Shown here piece after piece: positions 25,074-34,720 of a stretch of 64,000 nucleotides of DNA; within the stretch, counting starts at the first letter, position 1; each line of letters opens with the position of its first letter. The position numbers and the translations under genes are program-made. Below the pieces are notes generated by a model, which ran no database searches, was not told the DNA's origin, and was given only the letters and a program-made list of their open reading frames with translations. The DNA is from Candidatus Eiseniibacteriota bacterium (GTDB taxonomy: Bacteria; Eisenbacteria; RBG-16-71-46): positions 736,001 through 800,000 of the forward strand of contig CAVUWA010000002.1 of NCBI GenBank assembly GCA_963744995.1. The letters run 5' to 3'.

Positions 25074-27844
25074 TCCCGTCACGGCGGGCATCGGCGCGCG
25101 GCACGGCGGCCGCGCTGACCGCGCTCTGTGTCGTGCTCGCGCCGCAGGTCGCGCGCGCCTATCACGCGGTCGACTCGCCGGACGGCAGCTACGTGCTCGC
25201 GGTCGGCGACAGCGGGCGCATGGCGCGCTCGTGGAACGGCGGCACGTTCTGGTCGCCCGACACGCTCGGCACGGCGGATCTCGAGGCGCTGGTCATGCGT
25301 GGCGATCTGGCGCTGGTCGCCGCTGCCGACGGCAGCATCAGGCGCAGCGTGGATGCCGGCGGCACCTGGAGCACCACGCTGCCCGCGGGCGGCGGGGCGC
25401 TGTTCGGGCTCGATGCGAATCCGGCCGGTGCGCTCGCGATCGCCGCAGGCGCGAGCGGCCGGCTGCTGCGCTCGGCCGACTCCGGGCTCACGTGGCAGGC
25501 GGTCGCGAGCGGCACCGCACTCACGCTGCGCGCCGTGCGCGTGGCGGGGACGATCGCCTGGGCCGTGGGCGACTCGGGGACCGTGCTGCGTTCGGTGGAC
25601 GGCGGCGCCACCTGGAATCCCGTCGCCGTGGGCTCCGGCGCCGATCTGCTCGACGTGGATGCGACCGGCGACACCGTCTGGGTGGTCGGTGCGGGCGGCA
25701 CCGCGCTGCGCAGTGAGAACGGCGGCGCAGGCTGGACACGCGTGCCGCTCGGACTGCCGCCGCAGGTGGACGTGAACATCGTGCATCTCGCCCGCCCGGA
25801 CAGCGTGTGGCTTGCCGGGGGCGGCGGCTTCGTGCGCATGAGCGCCGACGGCGGCGCGACCTGGACCTTTGCGGTGCAACCTGCCCTCGGTGCGATCGGC
25901 GCACTGCATTTCACGCCCGGCCACGGCACGGGCTGGGCGGCGCTCAGAGACGGCGCGCTGGTGTTGACCGGCGGCGCCGCGGGTCTCACCTGGACGGTGC
26001 CCGTCGGCACGGTGGACGGCGGCGCCTGGGTCGACGTCAGGCCCTATACCGGCACCGTGCGCGGCAGCACGATCGCCGCGAACGCCCTGCAGCCGAACGG
26101 GCTCTACGCGGCGATCGCCGACAGCCTGTATCGCAGCGGGGACCGCGGCATGACCTGGGAGGCCTTCACCGAGGTGCCGGTCGCCACCAAGATCAACGCA
26201 TTCTACGTCTTGCCCTACGACACGCTGACGATGGTGGCCGCGGTGGGCGAGCCCGACCGCGTCATCCGCTCGATTGACGGCGGTGCGAGCTGGGCGACGA
26301 CGATCACCCGCGACTTCTCCGAGTTCGGCACGCCCGTCGAGATGGACGCGGCCCGGCCCGAGACCCTGCTGTTCGCGCCGGAGGACGGCGTGCTCTACCG
26401 CTCGACCGACTTCGGCGCGACGTGGGACTCGCTCTCGACGCCGGCCTTCCGCAGCCCGTGCGACATCCAGATCGTGCCCGACGATCCGCTCAACATCTGG
26501 GTCGGCGACGGCATCACCGGCACCGGCTTCGGCCAGATCTTCCAGTCGCTCGATGGCGGGCTCACGTTCCAGCGGCGCTTCGTGTCCATGCTGGGCTCCG
26601 AGATCCCGGCGCTCGCGGTCGCGCCGCTCGATACGCGACTCGGCATCGGCACGCAGTGGTCGCACGGCGGTGTGGTGCGCACCACCGACGGCGGCACGAC
26701 CTGGTCGACCATTTCGACCGCACAGACCGCGTGGGGCGCGACCTTCGCGCCCGACGACCCCGGCGCCGTCGCGTTCGGGCTGTTCTCGACCGGCATCGGC
26801 TACTTCTCGACCAACGCCGGGGCGAATTTCACGGCCTATCCGCTGCCTTCCTCCAACTATTCGATCTATTCGATGGACCGCGGCACCTGGCTGGCCACCC
26901 AGAGCATCGGCATCCATCGTTTCGTGCCGCGCTATGCGATGCCGTTCGTGACGGCGAAGGTGCTCACGCTGCTCGCGCCGAATGGCGGTGAGACGTGGCA
27001 GGCCGGCGAGACGCGGGAGATCCGCTGGCAGTCGTTCGGTCTGTACCGGGTGGTGCTCGACTATTCACCCGATTTCGACACCGACTGGATCCCGATCGAC
27101 ACGGTGGCCGCGTACCCCGGCGCGTATGCGTGGAAGATCCCCGCCGTCGTCGGCAGCAGCGCACGGGTGCGGGTACGCAATCTCTGGGAACCGACCCCCG
27201 TGGACGAGAGCAACGCGCCGTTCACGCTGGCGTCGTCGTTCCTCACGTTCTCGCCCGGAATCCTCGACCTGGGCAGCGCCGCGCCGGGCCAGGTGGTGAC
27301 CCGGGCGGTGACGATCGGCAATCCGGGCAACCTGCCGCTCGACGTGCTCGACGTCGCGCCCGCCGTGACGGCCACCACGGCCGAGTTCTGGGCGGGACGT
27401 ACGAGCTTCACGATCCCCGCCGGATCGAGCGACACGCTGGGCATTTCCTACCGGCCCGCAGGGGTCGGCCGCGACACGGTGGCGTTCACGTTCGTGACCG
27501 GCGATCCCGGCTCGCCGCACGAACTGCTGGTGGTGGGCGAGGGGTTGCCCGCTGCGTTCAGCGTGCAGCCGATCGCGCCGAATCCGGTGCGCGACGTCTC
27601 GCTGATCCGTTACGCACTGCCGGTTGCGGCCCACGTGAGGCTCGAGGTCTACAACCTGCAGGGCCAGCGCGTGGCGACGCTGGTGAACGCGCGCCAGGCG
27701 CCGGGTGAGTATGCCGCGCCGTTCGGGCCCGGCGTGGCGATCGGCGGCGGCGCCGGCCGTGCCGCCCTGCCCGCGGGCGTCTACTTCTACCGCTTCCGCG
27801 CCGGGCCGCTCGACGTGAAGCGCAAGATCGTTTTGCTGCGCTGA
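25070..27844 (+). CDS. Tandem paralogue of the YCF48/BNR surface protein (one Ig module pair)
   Basis: Shares GGGGFVR, LYRSTDFG, FRSPCD, VGDGxTG and the CTD with the upstream gene. Start inferred at CTG 25070 to complete the signal peptide; first canonical start is 25133. Confidence 0.85.
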   Translation: MIPSRRASARGTAAALTALCVVLAPQVARAYHAVDSPDGSYVLAVGDSGRMARSWNGGTFWSPDTLGTADLEALVMRGDLALVAAADGSIRRSVDAGGTWSTTLPAGGGALFGLDANPAGALAIAAGASGRLLRSADSGLTWQAVASGTALTLRAVRVAGTIAWAVGDSGTVLRSVDGGATWNPVAVGSGADLLDVDATGDTVWVVGAGGTALRSENGGAGWTRVPLGLPPQVDVNIVHLARPDSVWLAGGGGFVRMSADGGATWTFAVQPALGAIGALHFTPGHGTGWAALRDGALVLTGGAAGLTWTVPVGTVDGGAWVDVRPYTGTVRGSTIAANALQPNGLYAAIADSLYRSGDRGMTWEAFTEVPVATKINAFYVLPYDTLTMVAAVGEPDRVIRSIDGGASWATTITRDFSEFGTPVEMDAARPETLLFAPEDGVLYRSTDFGATWDSLSTPAFRSPCDIQIVPDDPLNIWVGDGITGTGFGQIFQSLDGGLTFQRRFVSMLGSEIPALAVAPLDTRLGIGTQWSHGGVVRTTDGGTTWSTISTAQTAWGATFAPDDPGAVAFGLFSTGIGYFSTNAGANFTAYPLPSSNYSIYSMDRGTWLATQSIGIHRFVPRYAMPFVTAKVLTLLAPNGGETWQAGETREIRWQSFGLYRVVLDYSPDFDTDWIPIDTVAAYPGAYAWKIPAVVGSSARVRVRNLWEPTPVDESNAPFTLASSFLTFSPGILDLGSAAPGQVVTRAVTIGNPGNLPLDVLDVAPAVTATTAEFWAGRTSFTIPAGSSDTLGISYRPAGVGRDTVAFTFVTGDPGSPHELLVVGEGLPAAFSVQPIAPNPVRDVSLIRYALPVAAHVRLEVYNLQGQRVATLVNARQAPGEYAAPFGPGVAIGGGAGRAALPAGVYFYRFRAGPLDVKRKIVLLR

Positions 27845-28010
27845 ACGCGGCGGCCGCCCCTCTTTGGCACGCGGCGTCCGGACGCGCCCGTCCCACCGGC
27901 CGCGCCCGGCTTGTGGGCCTGCGGGGGCGCGGCTAGACTCGCGGCATTCACCCGATTTTCCGCATTCCCGCGGCGTGTGTGCTTCCGCCACGCCGCTCAC
28001 GGAGGTTCCG

Positions 28011-29607
28011 ATGAATCCCACCACGGCCCGGGGAATCGCGCCCGTGGACGCGAAGTCGCTCCCCGAATACGCCCCCACGACCTACACCGACTTCTCGGTC
28101 GCCGAGAACCGCAAGGCGTTCGAGGCCGCGCATCGCCGACGTGCGCGCGGGTCTCGGCCGCGAGTATCCGCTGGTGATCGGCGGCGAGCGCCTGAAGGGC
28201 GAGAAGCTGTTCGACTCGATCAATCCCGCGAAGCCGTCCGAGGTGCTGGGCCGCTTCAACGCGGCCTCGAAGGCACAGGCCGCGCAGGCGGTCGAGACCG
28301 CCCACCGCACCTTCGCCACCTGGAGCCGCGTGCCGGCGGCCGAGCGCGCCGCGTATCTGATCGAGGCGGCGAAGAAGATGCGCGAGCGGCGCCACACCTT
28401 CTCGGCGTGGATGGTGCTCGAGGTCGGCAAGAGCTGGATCGAAGCCGACGCCGATACCGCCGAGGCGATCGATTTCATGGAGTACTACGCGCGCGAGATG
28501 CTGCGCTACGACGGCCCGCAACCCGTCGTGCAGGTGAAGGGCGAGATGAACCAGCTCGTCTACCTGCCGCTCGGCGTGGGCGCGGTCATTCCGCCGTGGA
28601 ACTTCCCGCTCGCGATCCTCGTCGGCATGAGCACCGCGGCGATCGTCACCGGCAACACCGTATGCCTGAAGCCCTCCAGCGATTCGCCCGGGATCGCCTG
28701 GCAGTTCTACGCGCTCATGGAAGAGATCGGACTGCCGGCCGGCGTCCTCAACTTCGTCACCGGTGGCGGCGGCACGGTCGGCGACACCCTGGTGCGGCAC
28801 CCGCGCACCCGCTTCGTGTCGTTCACCGGGTCGCGCGAAGTCGGCGTGGGGATCAACAGGCTCGCCGCGGAAGTCCAGCCCGGACAGATCTGGCTCAAGC
28901 GCGTGGTCGCCGAGATGGGCGGCAAGGACGCCATCATCGTGGACGAGGAGGCCGATCTCGACGCCGCGGTGCAGGGCGTGACCGCCGCCGCGTTCGGCTT
29001 CCAGGGACAGAAGTGCTCGGCATGCTCGCGCGCGATCGTGAGCGAGAAGGTCTATGCGCCGTTCCTCGAGAAGCTCAAGGCCTCGGTCGAGAAGCTCACC
29101 GTGGGCGACACGGAGACCTACGGCACGTTCATGGGCCCGGTCGTCAACCAGGCGGCGCGCGACAAGATTCTCGAGTACATCGAGCACGGGAAGAAGGAGG
29201 GACGCCTGATCACCGGCGGCGCTCCGGTCGAGGGCCGCGACGGCTGGTTCATCCAGCCGACGGTGATCGCCGACATCCGGCCCGGCGCAAAGATCGCGCA
29301 GGAAGAGATCTTCGGTCCGGTGCTCGCGGTGATCCCGGTCAAGAGCTACGACGAGGCGCTCGAAGTCGCCAACGGCACCGACTACGGGCTCACCGGTGCG
29401 ATCTACTCGAAGAATTCCGAGAAGCTCGAGCGCGCGCGCCGCGAGTTCTTCGTCGGCAACCTGTACCTGAACCGCAAGTGCACCGGCGCGCTGGTCGGCG
29501 TGCAGCCATTCGGCGGCTTCAACATGAGCGGCACCGACTCCAAGGCCGGCGGCCGCGACTACCTGCTGCTGTTCCTGCAGTCGAAGAGCATCGCCGAGAG
29601 GATCTGA
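28011..29607 (+). CDS. pruA: 1-pyrroline-5-carboxylate dehydrogenase, with an apparent +1 frameshift near 28131
   Basis: PPWNFP, FTGS, EMGGKD, FQGQKCSACSR, EEIFGPV, PFGGFNMSGTDSKAGG. ATG 28011 (SD GGAGG) is one base out of frame with the body. Confidence 0.9.
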
Positions 29608-29633
29608 TCCGGCCTGCGAGCCGGGCAGTGAAC

Positions 29634-29660
29634 CGGGCCGGTCCCGCCGGGACCGGCCCG
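29634..29660. terminator. GC-rich hairpin between convergent pruA and polX
   Basis: CGGGCCGGTCCC-GCC-GGGACCGGCCCG, perfect 12-bp stem, no U tract. Confidence 0.55.
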
Positions 29661-29711
29661 TCGTGCATCCGGAACCGCGCGTGCGGCGGCCCGCGGCAGG
29701 GGGCCGCGGTG

Positions 29712-31613
29712 CTACTTGCCGCGCTTCGGCTTCGAGACCGGGCGCTTCTGTGTCTTCTTCGCAGCGGCGCCGCGTGAGGCCGTGGCGGCCTTCTTCTTCG
29801 CAGCGGCGCCGCGCGAGGCCGCGGGGGCCTTCTTCTTCGCAGCGGGGCTGCGTGCCCCGGCGTCGGCTGCGGAAGCGGGCGCATCCGCCTCGGCGGATGG
29901 TCCGCGCGGGCGCAGCGCCTTTCGAAACACGGCCAGCGACTTCGTGTTCAGCACGTCGTCCTTCTCGAGCCCGGCGCGCCGCGCCACGAACACGCCGTAG
30001 CGCATGTGATCGAGCTGCCGCACGCTGTGGGCGTCGGTGCTGATGACGACCTTCACGCCCTTTTCCTTCGCGGCGCGCGCGTGCACGTCGGAGAGGTCCA
30101 TGCGGTTGGGCTGGGCGTTGATCTCCATCGCCACGCCCTCGCGTGCGGCGCTATCCAGCACCCGGTCCATGTCGAACGCCGCCGGCTGCCGCGAACCGAT
30201 CTGCCGCGCGGTGGGATGCCCCATGACGTGCACGGCCGGGTGGGCGAGGGCTTTCAACACGCGGTTCGTCATCCCGGGCCCGGGCATGTCCACCTTCGAG
30301 TGCAGCGAGACGATCACCCAGTCGAGCAGCTCGAGCGCATCGTCATCGAGGTCGAGTGCGCCGTCGGCGAGAATGTCCACTTCGAGGCCGTGCAGCACCT
30401 CGATGTCGGGGACCTTGCGACGCACGGCTTCGATCTCCTTCACCGACTGCCGCACGCGCGCGCCGTCGAAGCCGCCGATCATCGCCAGCGCGGCGGAGTG
30501 GTCGGTGATGGCGCAGTAGGCGTAGCCGCGATCGCGGCAGGCCCGAACCATGGTCTCGAGCGTGTCGCGGCCGTCGGTGCGGTCGGTGTGCATGTGCAGA
30601 TCGGCCACGATGTCGCTCTCTTCGATGAGCTGCGGCAGGCGGCCCTCGCGGGCGAGCGCGATTTCACCGCGTGCCTCGCGCAGCTCGGGCGGAATCCACT
30701 CGAGATCGAGCGCGCGGTAGACGTCTTCTTCGGTGCGCCCGGCGACGATGCGCCCGCCTTCGGTGAGTCCGTACTCGTTGAGCGACCAACCCTTGTCGAT
30801 GGCGATGCGGCGCAGCTCGATGTTGTGCTCCTTGCTGCCGGTGAAGTAGAGCAGCGCGGCGCCGAACGACTCGGCCGGAACGTGGCGCAGGTCGACCTGC
30901 AGATCGTTGCGCAGCCGCACGGAGGACTTGGTCGGCCCCTCGCCGAGCGTGTCCGCGACCTCCTGATGACCGAGGAAGGCCTTCATCACGGCTCCGGGAT
31001 CGCCGCCGGTGACCAGCAGATCCAGGTCGCCGATGGTCTCCTTGCGGCGCCGGAACGAGCCGGCGATTTCCACGGTCGTGCCGCGCACCCGGCGCACGTG
31101 GGCGGCGAGGGCATGAGCGACGTCCCAGGCGCCCGCCAGCAGCGTACGGCCGCGGTCGCGCGACGCGACCTCGAGCGCCTTGAGCACGTTCTGCTCGACG
31201 GTCCTGCCGAAGCCGGGCAGTTCGCGCAGCTTCTCCTCGCGCGCGGCGCGGGCGAGGTCGTCGCGGGTGCGCACCCCGAGCACCTCGAACAGGGTCTTCA
31301 CGCGCTTGGGCCCGAGACCCTGCAGCTCGGTGAGCTCGACGACGCTCACCGGGATCTTCGCCTTCATGTCCTCGTACAGCGGAGTGGTCCCGGTCTGCAC
31401 GATCTCGCGGATCTTCTGCGCGAGGTCCTTGCCGATCCCGGGCAGGTCCTCGAGCCGGCCCTCTTCCGAGGCGAGCGAGACGACGGATTCCGACTGCTCC
31501 TCGACGATCCGGGCGCCCTCGCGATAGGCACGGATCCGGAACGGGTTCGCGCCCGAGATCTCGAGCATCGTCGCGAGGCGCGAGAACACACGGGCGACGT
31601 CGGTGTTGTTCAT
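29712..31613 (-). CDS. polX: DNA polymerase X / PHP 3'-5' exonuclease with Lys/Ala-rich tail
   Basis: NPFRIRAY, HhH LPGIG, GSFRR...GDLDLL, QVDLR, YFTGSKEHN; PHP DLHMHT, TDH, STDAH; ATG overlaps the ligA stop (ATGA). Confidence 0.95.
   Translation of the reverse strand: MNNTDVARVFSRLATMLEISGANPFRIRAYREGARIVEEQSESVVSLASEEGRLEDLPGIGKDLAQKIREIVQTGTTPLYEDMKAKIPVSVVELTELQGLGPKRVKTLFEVLGVRTRDDLARAAREEKLRELPGFGRTVEQNVLKALEVASRDRGRTLLAGAWDVAHALAAHVRRVRGTTVEIAGSFRRRKETIGDLDLLVTGGDPGAVMKAFLGHQEVADTLGEGPTKSSVRLRNDLQVDLRHVPAESFGAALLYFTGSKEHNIELRRIAIDKGWSLNEYGLTEGGRIVAGRTEEDVYRALDLEWIPPELREARGEIALAREGRLPQLIEESDIVADLHMHTDRTDGRDTLETMVRACRDRGYAYCAITDHSAALAMIGGFDGARVRQSVKEIEAVRRKVPDIEVLHGLEVDILADGALDLDDDALELLDWVIVSLHSKVDMPGPGMTNRVLKALAHPAVHVMGHPTARQIGSRQPAAFDMDRVLDSAAREGVAMEINAQPNRMDLSDVHARAAKEKGVKVVISTDAHSVRQLDHMRYGVFVARRAGLEKDDVLNTKSLAVFRKALRPRGPSAEADAPASAADAGARSPAAKKKAPAASRGAAAKKKAATASRGAAAKKTQKRPVSKPKRGK
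29753..29845. repeat. 39-bp tandem repeat (about 2.4 copies) encoding the PolX basic tail
   Basis: Units start at 29753, 29792 and 29831 (TCTTCTTCGCAGCGGCGCCGCG...); encodes AAKKKAxxASRG repeats. Confidence 0.85.
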
Positions 31614-33643
31614 GCGCCCTCCAGCCTGGCGAGGAAGGTGGGTTCGTCGATCACCGCGAGGCCGAGCTTCTTCGCCTGATCGAGCTTGGACCCGGCACCC
31701 GGACCGGCGACCACCAGCGTCACCTTGCGGGTGATGCCGCTGGCGATGCGTGCACCGGCGTCCTCGGCCTTGCGCTGCGCCTCGGGGCGCGACATCGCCT
31801 CGAGCGAGCCGGTAAAGACCATCACCTCGCCCGCGAACGGGCGCTGGCCCTGCGGATGCGTCTCGACGAACGGCCTGACGCCGGCCTTCTTCAGGCGCTC
31901 GAGCACCCGGCGGTTCCTCGCGCTGCCGAAGAACGCACTGACCGCGGCCGCGACCTCGGCGCCGATGCCGTGAATGCCGAGCAGGGTCTCTTCGTCGGCG
32001 GACGTGAGTTTCTCGAGGCCGCCGAAGTGGTCGGCGAGCAGCTTCGCCAGCGTGCTGCCGACGTGCGGAATACCGAGTGCGTACACGAAGCGGTCGAGCC
32101 GCGGCTTCTTGCTCGCTTCGATCGCCTGCATGAGATTCTCGATCGACTTCTCGGCGAAGCCCTCGAGTCCGGCAAGATCGATCGGCGTGAGCTGGTAGAT
32201 GTCGGCGAGGTTCTTCACCAGGCTCTTTTCGATCAGCTGCGCCACGGTCTTGCCGCCGAGTCCGACGATGTCCATCGCGCCGCGTGAGACGAAGTGCTCG
32301 ATGTGACCCTGCAGCTGCGCCGGGCAGGCGAGCCCGTTGGTGCACACGTGCGCCGCGCCGTCGCGCACGACCTCGCCGCCGCACACCGGGCATTTGGCCG
32401 GCAGCTCGAAGCGCTTCGCACTCTTCGGGCGCTTCTCCACGATCACCTCGACGACTTCCGGGATCACGTCGCCGGCGCGGCGCACGCGCACGGTGTCCCC
32501 GATTCGCACGTCCTTGCGGTCGAGCTCGTCCTGGTTGTGCAGCGTCGCGCGGCTCACGGTGACGCCGGACACGTCCACGGGCCGGAGCGCCGCGACCGGC
32601 GTGAGCTTTCCGGTGCGACCGACCTGCACGACGATGTCCTCGATGACCGTGATCTCCTCGCGCGGCGGGAACTTGAACGCGACCGCCCAGCGCGGGCTGC
32701 GCGAGCGTACGCCCAGCACGTCCTGCCAGTCGCGGCGGTCCACCTTGATCACCACGCCGTCGATCTCGTACGGCAGTCCGTCGCGCTTCTCGAGCAGCTC
32801 ATCACGATAGGCGAGCGCCTCGTCGATGCCCTTGCAGTGCCGCACGCCGCGCTCGACGTGGAAGCCCCACCCGCGCATGTCGTCCTGCACGGCCGACAGC
32901 GTCGGCGGCAGCTTCTGCCCGGCGGCGAGGATCTCGTACGCGAAGAAGTCGAGCCTGCGCGACGCGGTGATGGAGGGGTCCAGCTGTCGCACGGTGCCGG
33001 CCGCTGCGTTGCGCGCGTTGGCGAACGGTTCCTCGTCGGCCGCGATCAGGCGCGCATTCATGGCCTGGAACTCCTCGACCGGCATGAGCGCTTCGCCACG
33101 CACCGCAAGGCGTCCGCCGGGCGGCCGCTTTCCTTCCGGCGCGCGCAACCGGAGCGGGATCGCGCGGATCGTGCGCAGGTTCTCGGTGACGTCCTCGCCG
33201 ACCTCGCCGTCGCCGCGCGTCGAGCCGCGCACGAGCACGCCGTCCTCGTAGACGAGCTCGATCGACAGGCCGTCGAACTTGGGCTCGGCGAGGTAGTCGA
33301 CCGGCTCCTGGAACAGGCCGGCGTCGAGGCCCAGGCCCTTCCTGACCCGCGTGTCGAACTCGCGCACCGCGTCGGCGTCCATGAGCGAATCCAGCGACAG
33401 CATCGAGCGCAGGTGCTCGACCTTCCTGAACGCGGTGCGCATCGCGCCGCCGACGCGCAGCGTGGGGGAGTCCGCGGGCCGCAGATCGGGGTGGGCCGCC
33501 TCGAGCTCGGTCAGCTCCTTGAACAGGCGGTCGTATTGCGCGTCCGAGATCGTCGGCCGGTCGAGCGCGTAATAGCGGTAGTCGTGCTCGCGGATCTCCT
33601 GCGCGAGCGCCTCGATCCGCTGCTTCGCCTCGGTGCGGTTCAC
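31610..33643 (-). CDS. ligA: NAD-dependent DNA ligase
   Basis: ISDAQYD, EPKFDG, TRGDG..GEDVT, RNAAAG, DGVVIK, QVGRTG, RAGDVIP, CPVC zinc finger, HhH, BRCT. Confidence 0.98.
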   Translation of the reverse strand: MNRTEAKQRIEALAQEIREHDYRYYALDRPTISDAQYDRLFKELTELEAAHPDLRPADSPTLRVGGAMRTAFRKVEHLRSMLSLDSLMDADAVREFDTRVRKGLGLDAGLFQEPVDYLAEPKFDGLSIELVYEDGVLVRGSTRGDGEVGEDVTENLRTIRAIPLRLRAPEGKRPPGGRLAVRGEALMPVEEFQAMNARLIAADEEPFANARNAAAGTVRQLDPSITASRRLDFFAYEILAAGQKLPPTLSAVQDDMRGWGFHVERGVRHCKGIDEALAYRDELLEKRDGLPYEIDGVVIKVDRRDWQDVLGVRSRSPRWAVAFKFPPREEITVIEDIVVQVGRTGKLTPVAALRPVDVSGVTVSRATLHNQDELDRKDVRIGDTVRVRRAGDVIPEVVEVIVEKRPKSAKRFELPAKCPVCGGEVVRDGAAHVCTNGLACPAQLQGHIEHFVSRGAMDIVGLGGKTVAQLIEKSLVKNLADIYQLTPIDLAGLEGFAEKSIENLMQAIEASKKPRLDRFVYALGIPHVGSTLAKLLADHFGGLEKLTSADEETLLGIHGIGAEVAAAVSAFFGSARNRRVLERLKKAGVRPFVETHPQGQRPFAGEVMVFTGSLEAMSRPEAQRKAEDAGARIASGITRKVTLVVAGPGAGSKLDQAKKLGLAVIDEPTFLARLEGA

Positions 33644-33662
33644 GCGGACCCCGGCCCCGCGC

Positions 33663-34070
33663 TCAGGCGCCGGCGAGCTTGAGGACGCGGGCGAGCTGGG
33701 CGGCGGTGAGCGGCACCACCGACAGGCGCGAGATGCGCACGAGGTCGCTCGTCTTCAGCACCGCGTCCTCGCGGAACACGGCGAGCGGCACGGGCTCGGG
33801 CAGGCGTTTCCAGGCCTGGATGTCCACCACCGCGCACTTCGGGTCGTCCGCTTGGGGATCCGCGTAGGCGGCGCCGACGGCCTTCGCCAGCCCGACCGCG
33901 CGCTTCTCCCTGCCGGTATGGTAGAGGATGAGCGTGTCGCCCTTCTTCACGCCGCGCAGGTGCTTGAGCGCCAGCGCATTGGTGATGCCGTCCCATACCG
34001 TGCGCTTGTCCCGGACGAGGTCGTCGTAGGAGTATGTGTCGGGTTCGGTCTTGAGCAGGTAGCAGGCCAT
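33663..34070 (-). CDS. EVE domain protein
   Basis: YLLKTEP, WDGITN..A..HLR, GD...YHTG, AYADP, RLSVVP. Confidence 0.92.
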   Translation of the reverse strand: MACYLLKTEPDTYSYDDLVRDKRTVWDGITNALALKHLRGVKKGDTLILYHTGREKRAVGLAKAVGAAYADPQADDPKCAVVDIQAWKRLPEPVPLAVFREDAVLKTSDLVRISRLSVVPLTAAQLARVLKLAGA

Positions 34071-34123
34071 GGCCGGAGATTAGCCGCGGCACGGAACGGC
34101 CGCAACGCAACGGGGAGCGCCCG

Positions 34124-34720
34124 ATTCACATCCTTCAGCTCATCTGGGTCGGCCTCGTCATGGTCGGCGCGGCGTTCTACGCCGACACCCCCGCGCGCAC
34201 GTTCGGCGAAGCGTTCCGGCAGAACCGCTGGCAGGCGCGGCTCGCACTCGGTTCGGTCGAGATCCTCATGGTCGCGGTCTGGGCGACGGCGCACTTCGGC
34301 ACGGGCTGGGACCCGGCGCTCCTGCCGGCGGGCGCCGCCCCCGCGGGCGCCTCCGTCGGCCTGCTGCTCAGCGCCGCCGGGGTCGGTCTGGCGGTCTGGG
34401 CCAAGGTGCGGCTCGGGCGCTGGTTCTCGGCCACCTTCGCGGTCAAGGAAGGTCACGAACTCGTCACGGACGGACCGTACGCGATCACGCGGCATCCCAT
34501 TTATACGGGGCTGCTGGCGGCGGTCACCGGCGGCGCACTGGTGTGGAACAGCGTGTTCACGCTCGTGCTCGCGGCGGCGCTCGCGATTCCGTTCTTCTTG
34601 CATACGGTCTTCGAAGAGGCCATGTTCGAGAAGCATTTCGGCCAGCCGTACTTCGACTACCAGCGCCGGGTCCCCCGCCTGGTGCCTTTCACCCGGAGGA
34701 ACATCCGACGTGAATCGTGA
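34124..34720 (+). CDS. Isoprenylcysteine carboxyl methyltransferase (ICMT/PEMT) family membrane protein
   Basis: HELVTDGPYAITRHPIYTG, EEAM...FG..Y.DY..RVPR. Start inferred at ATT 34124; first ATG is 34160. Confidence 0.85.
   Translation: MHILQLIWVGLVMVGAAFYADTPARTFGEAFRQNRWQARLALGSVEILMVAVWATAHFGTGWDPALLPAGAAPAGASVGLLLSAAGVGLAVWAKVRLGRWFSATFAVKEGHELVTDGPYAITRHPIYTGLLAAVTGGALVWNSVFTLVLAAALAIPFFLHTVFEEAMFEKHFGQPYFDYQRRVPRLVPFTRRNIRRES

Noticed and set aside
21780..26900. Recurring GACGGCGGC-type repeats suggesting a CRISPR or DNA repeat array
   Set aside because: They encode Asp-box (SxDGG) motifs within proteins; no constant repeat-spacer period and no cas genes.
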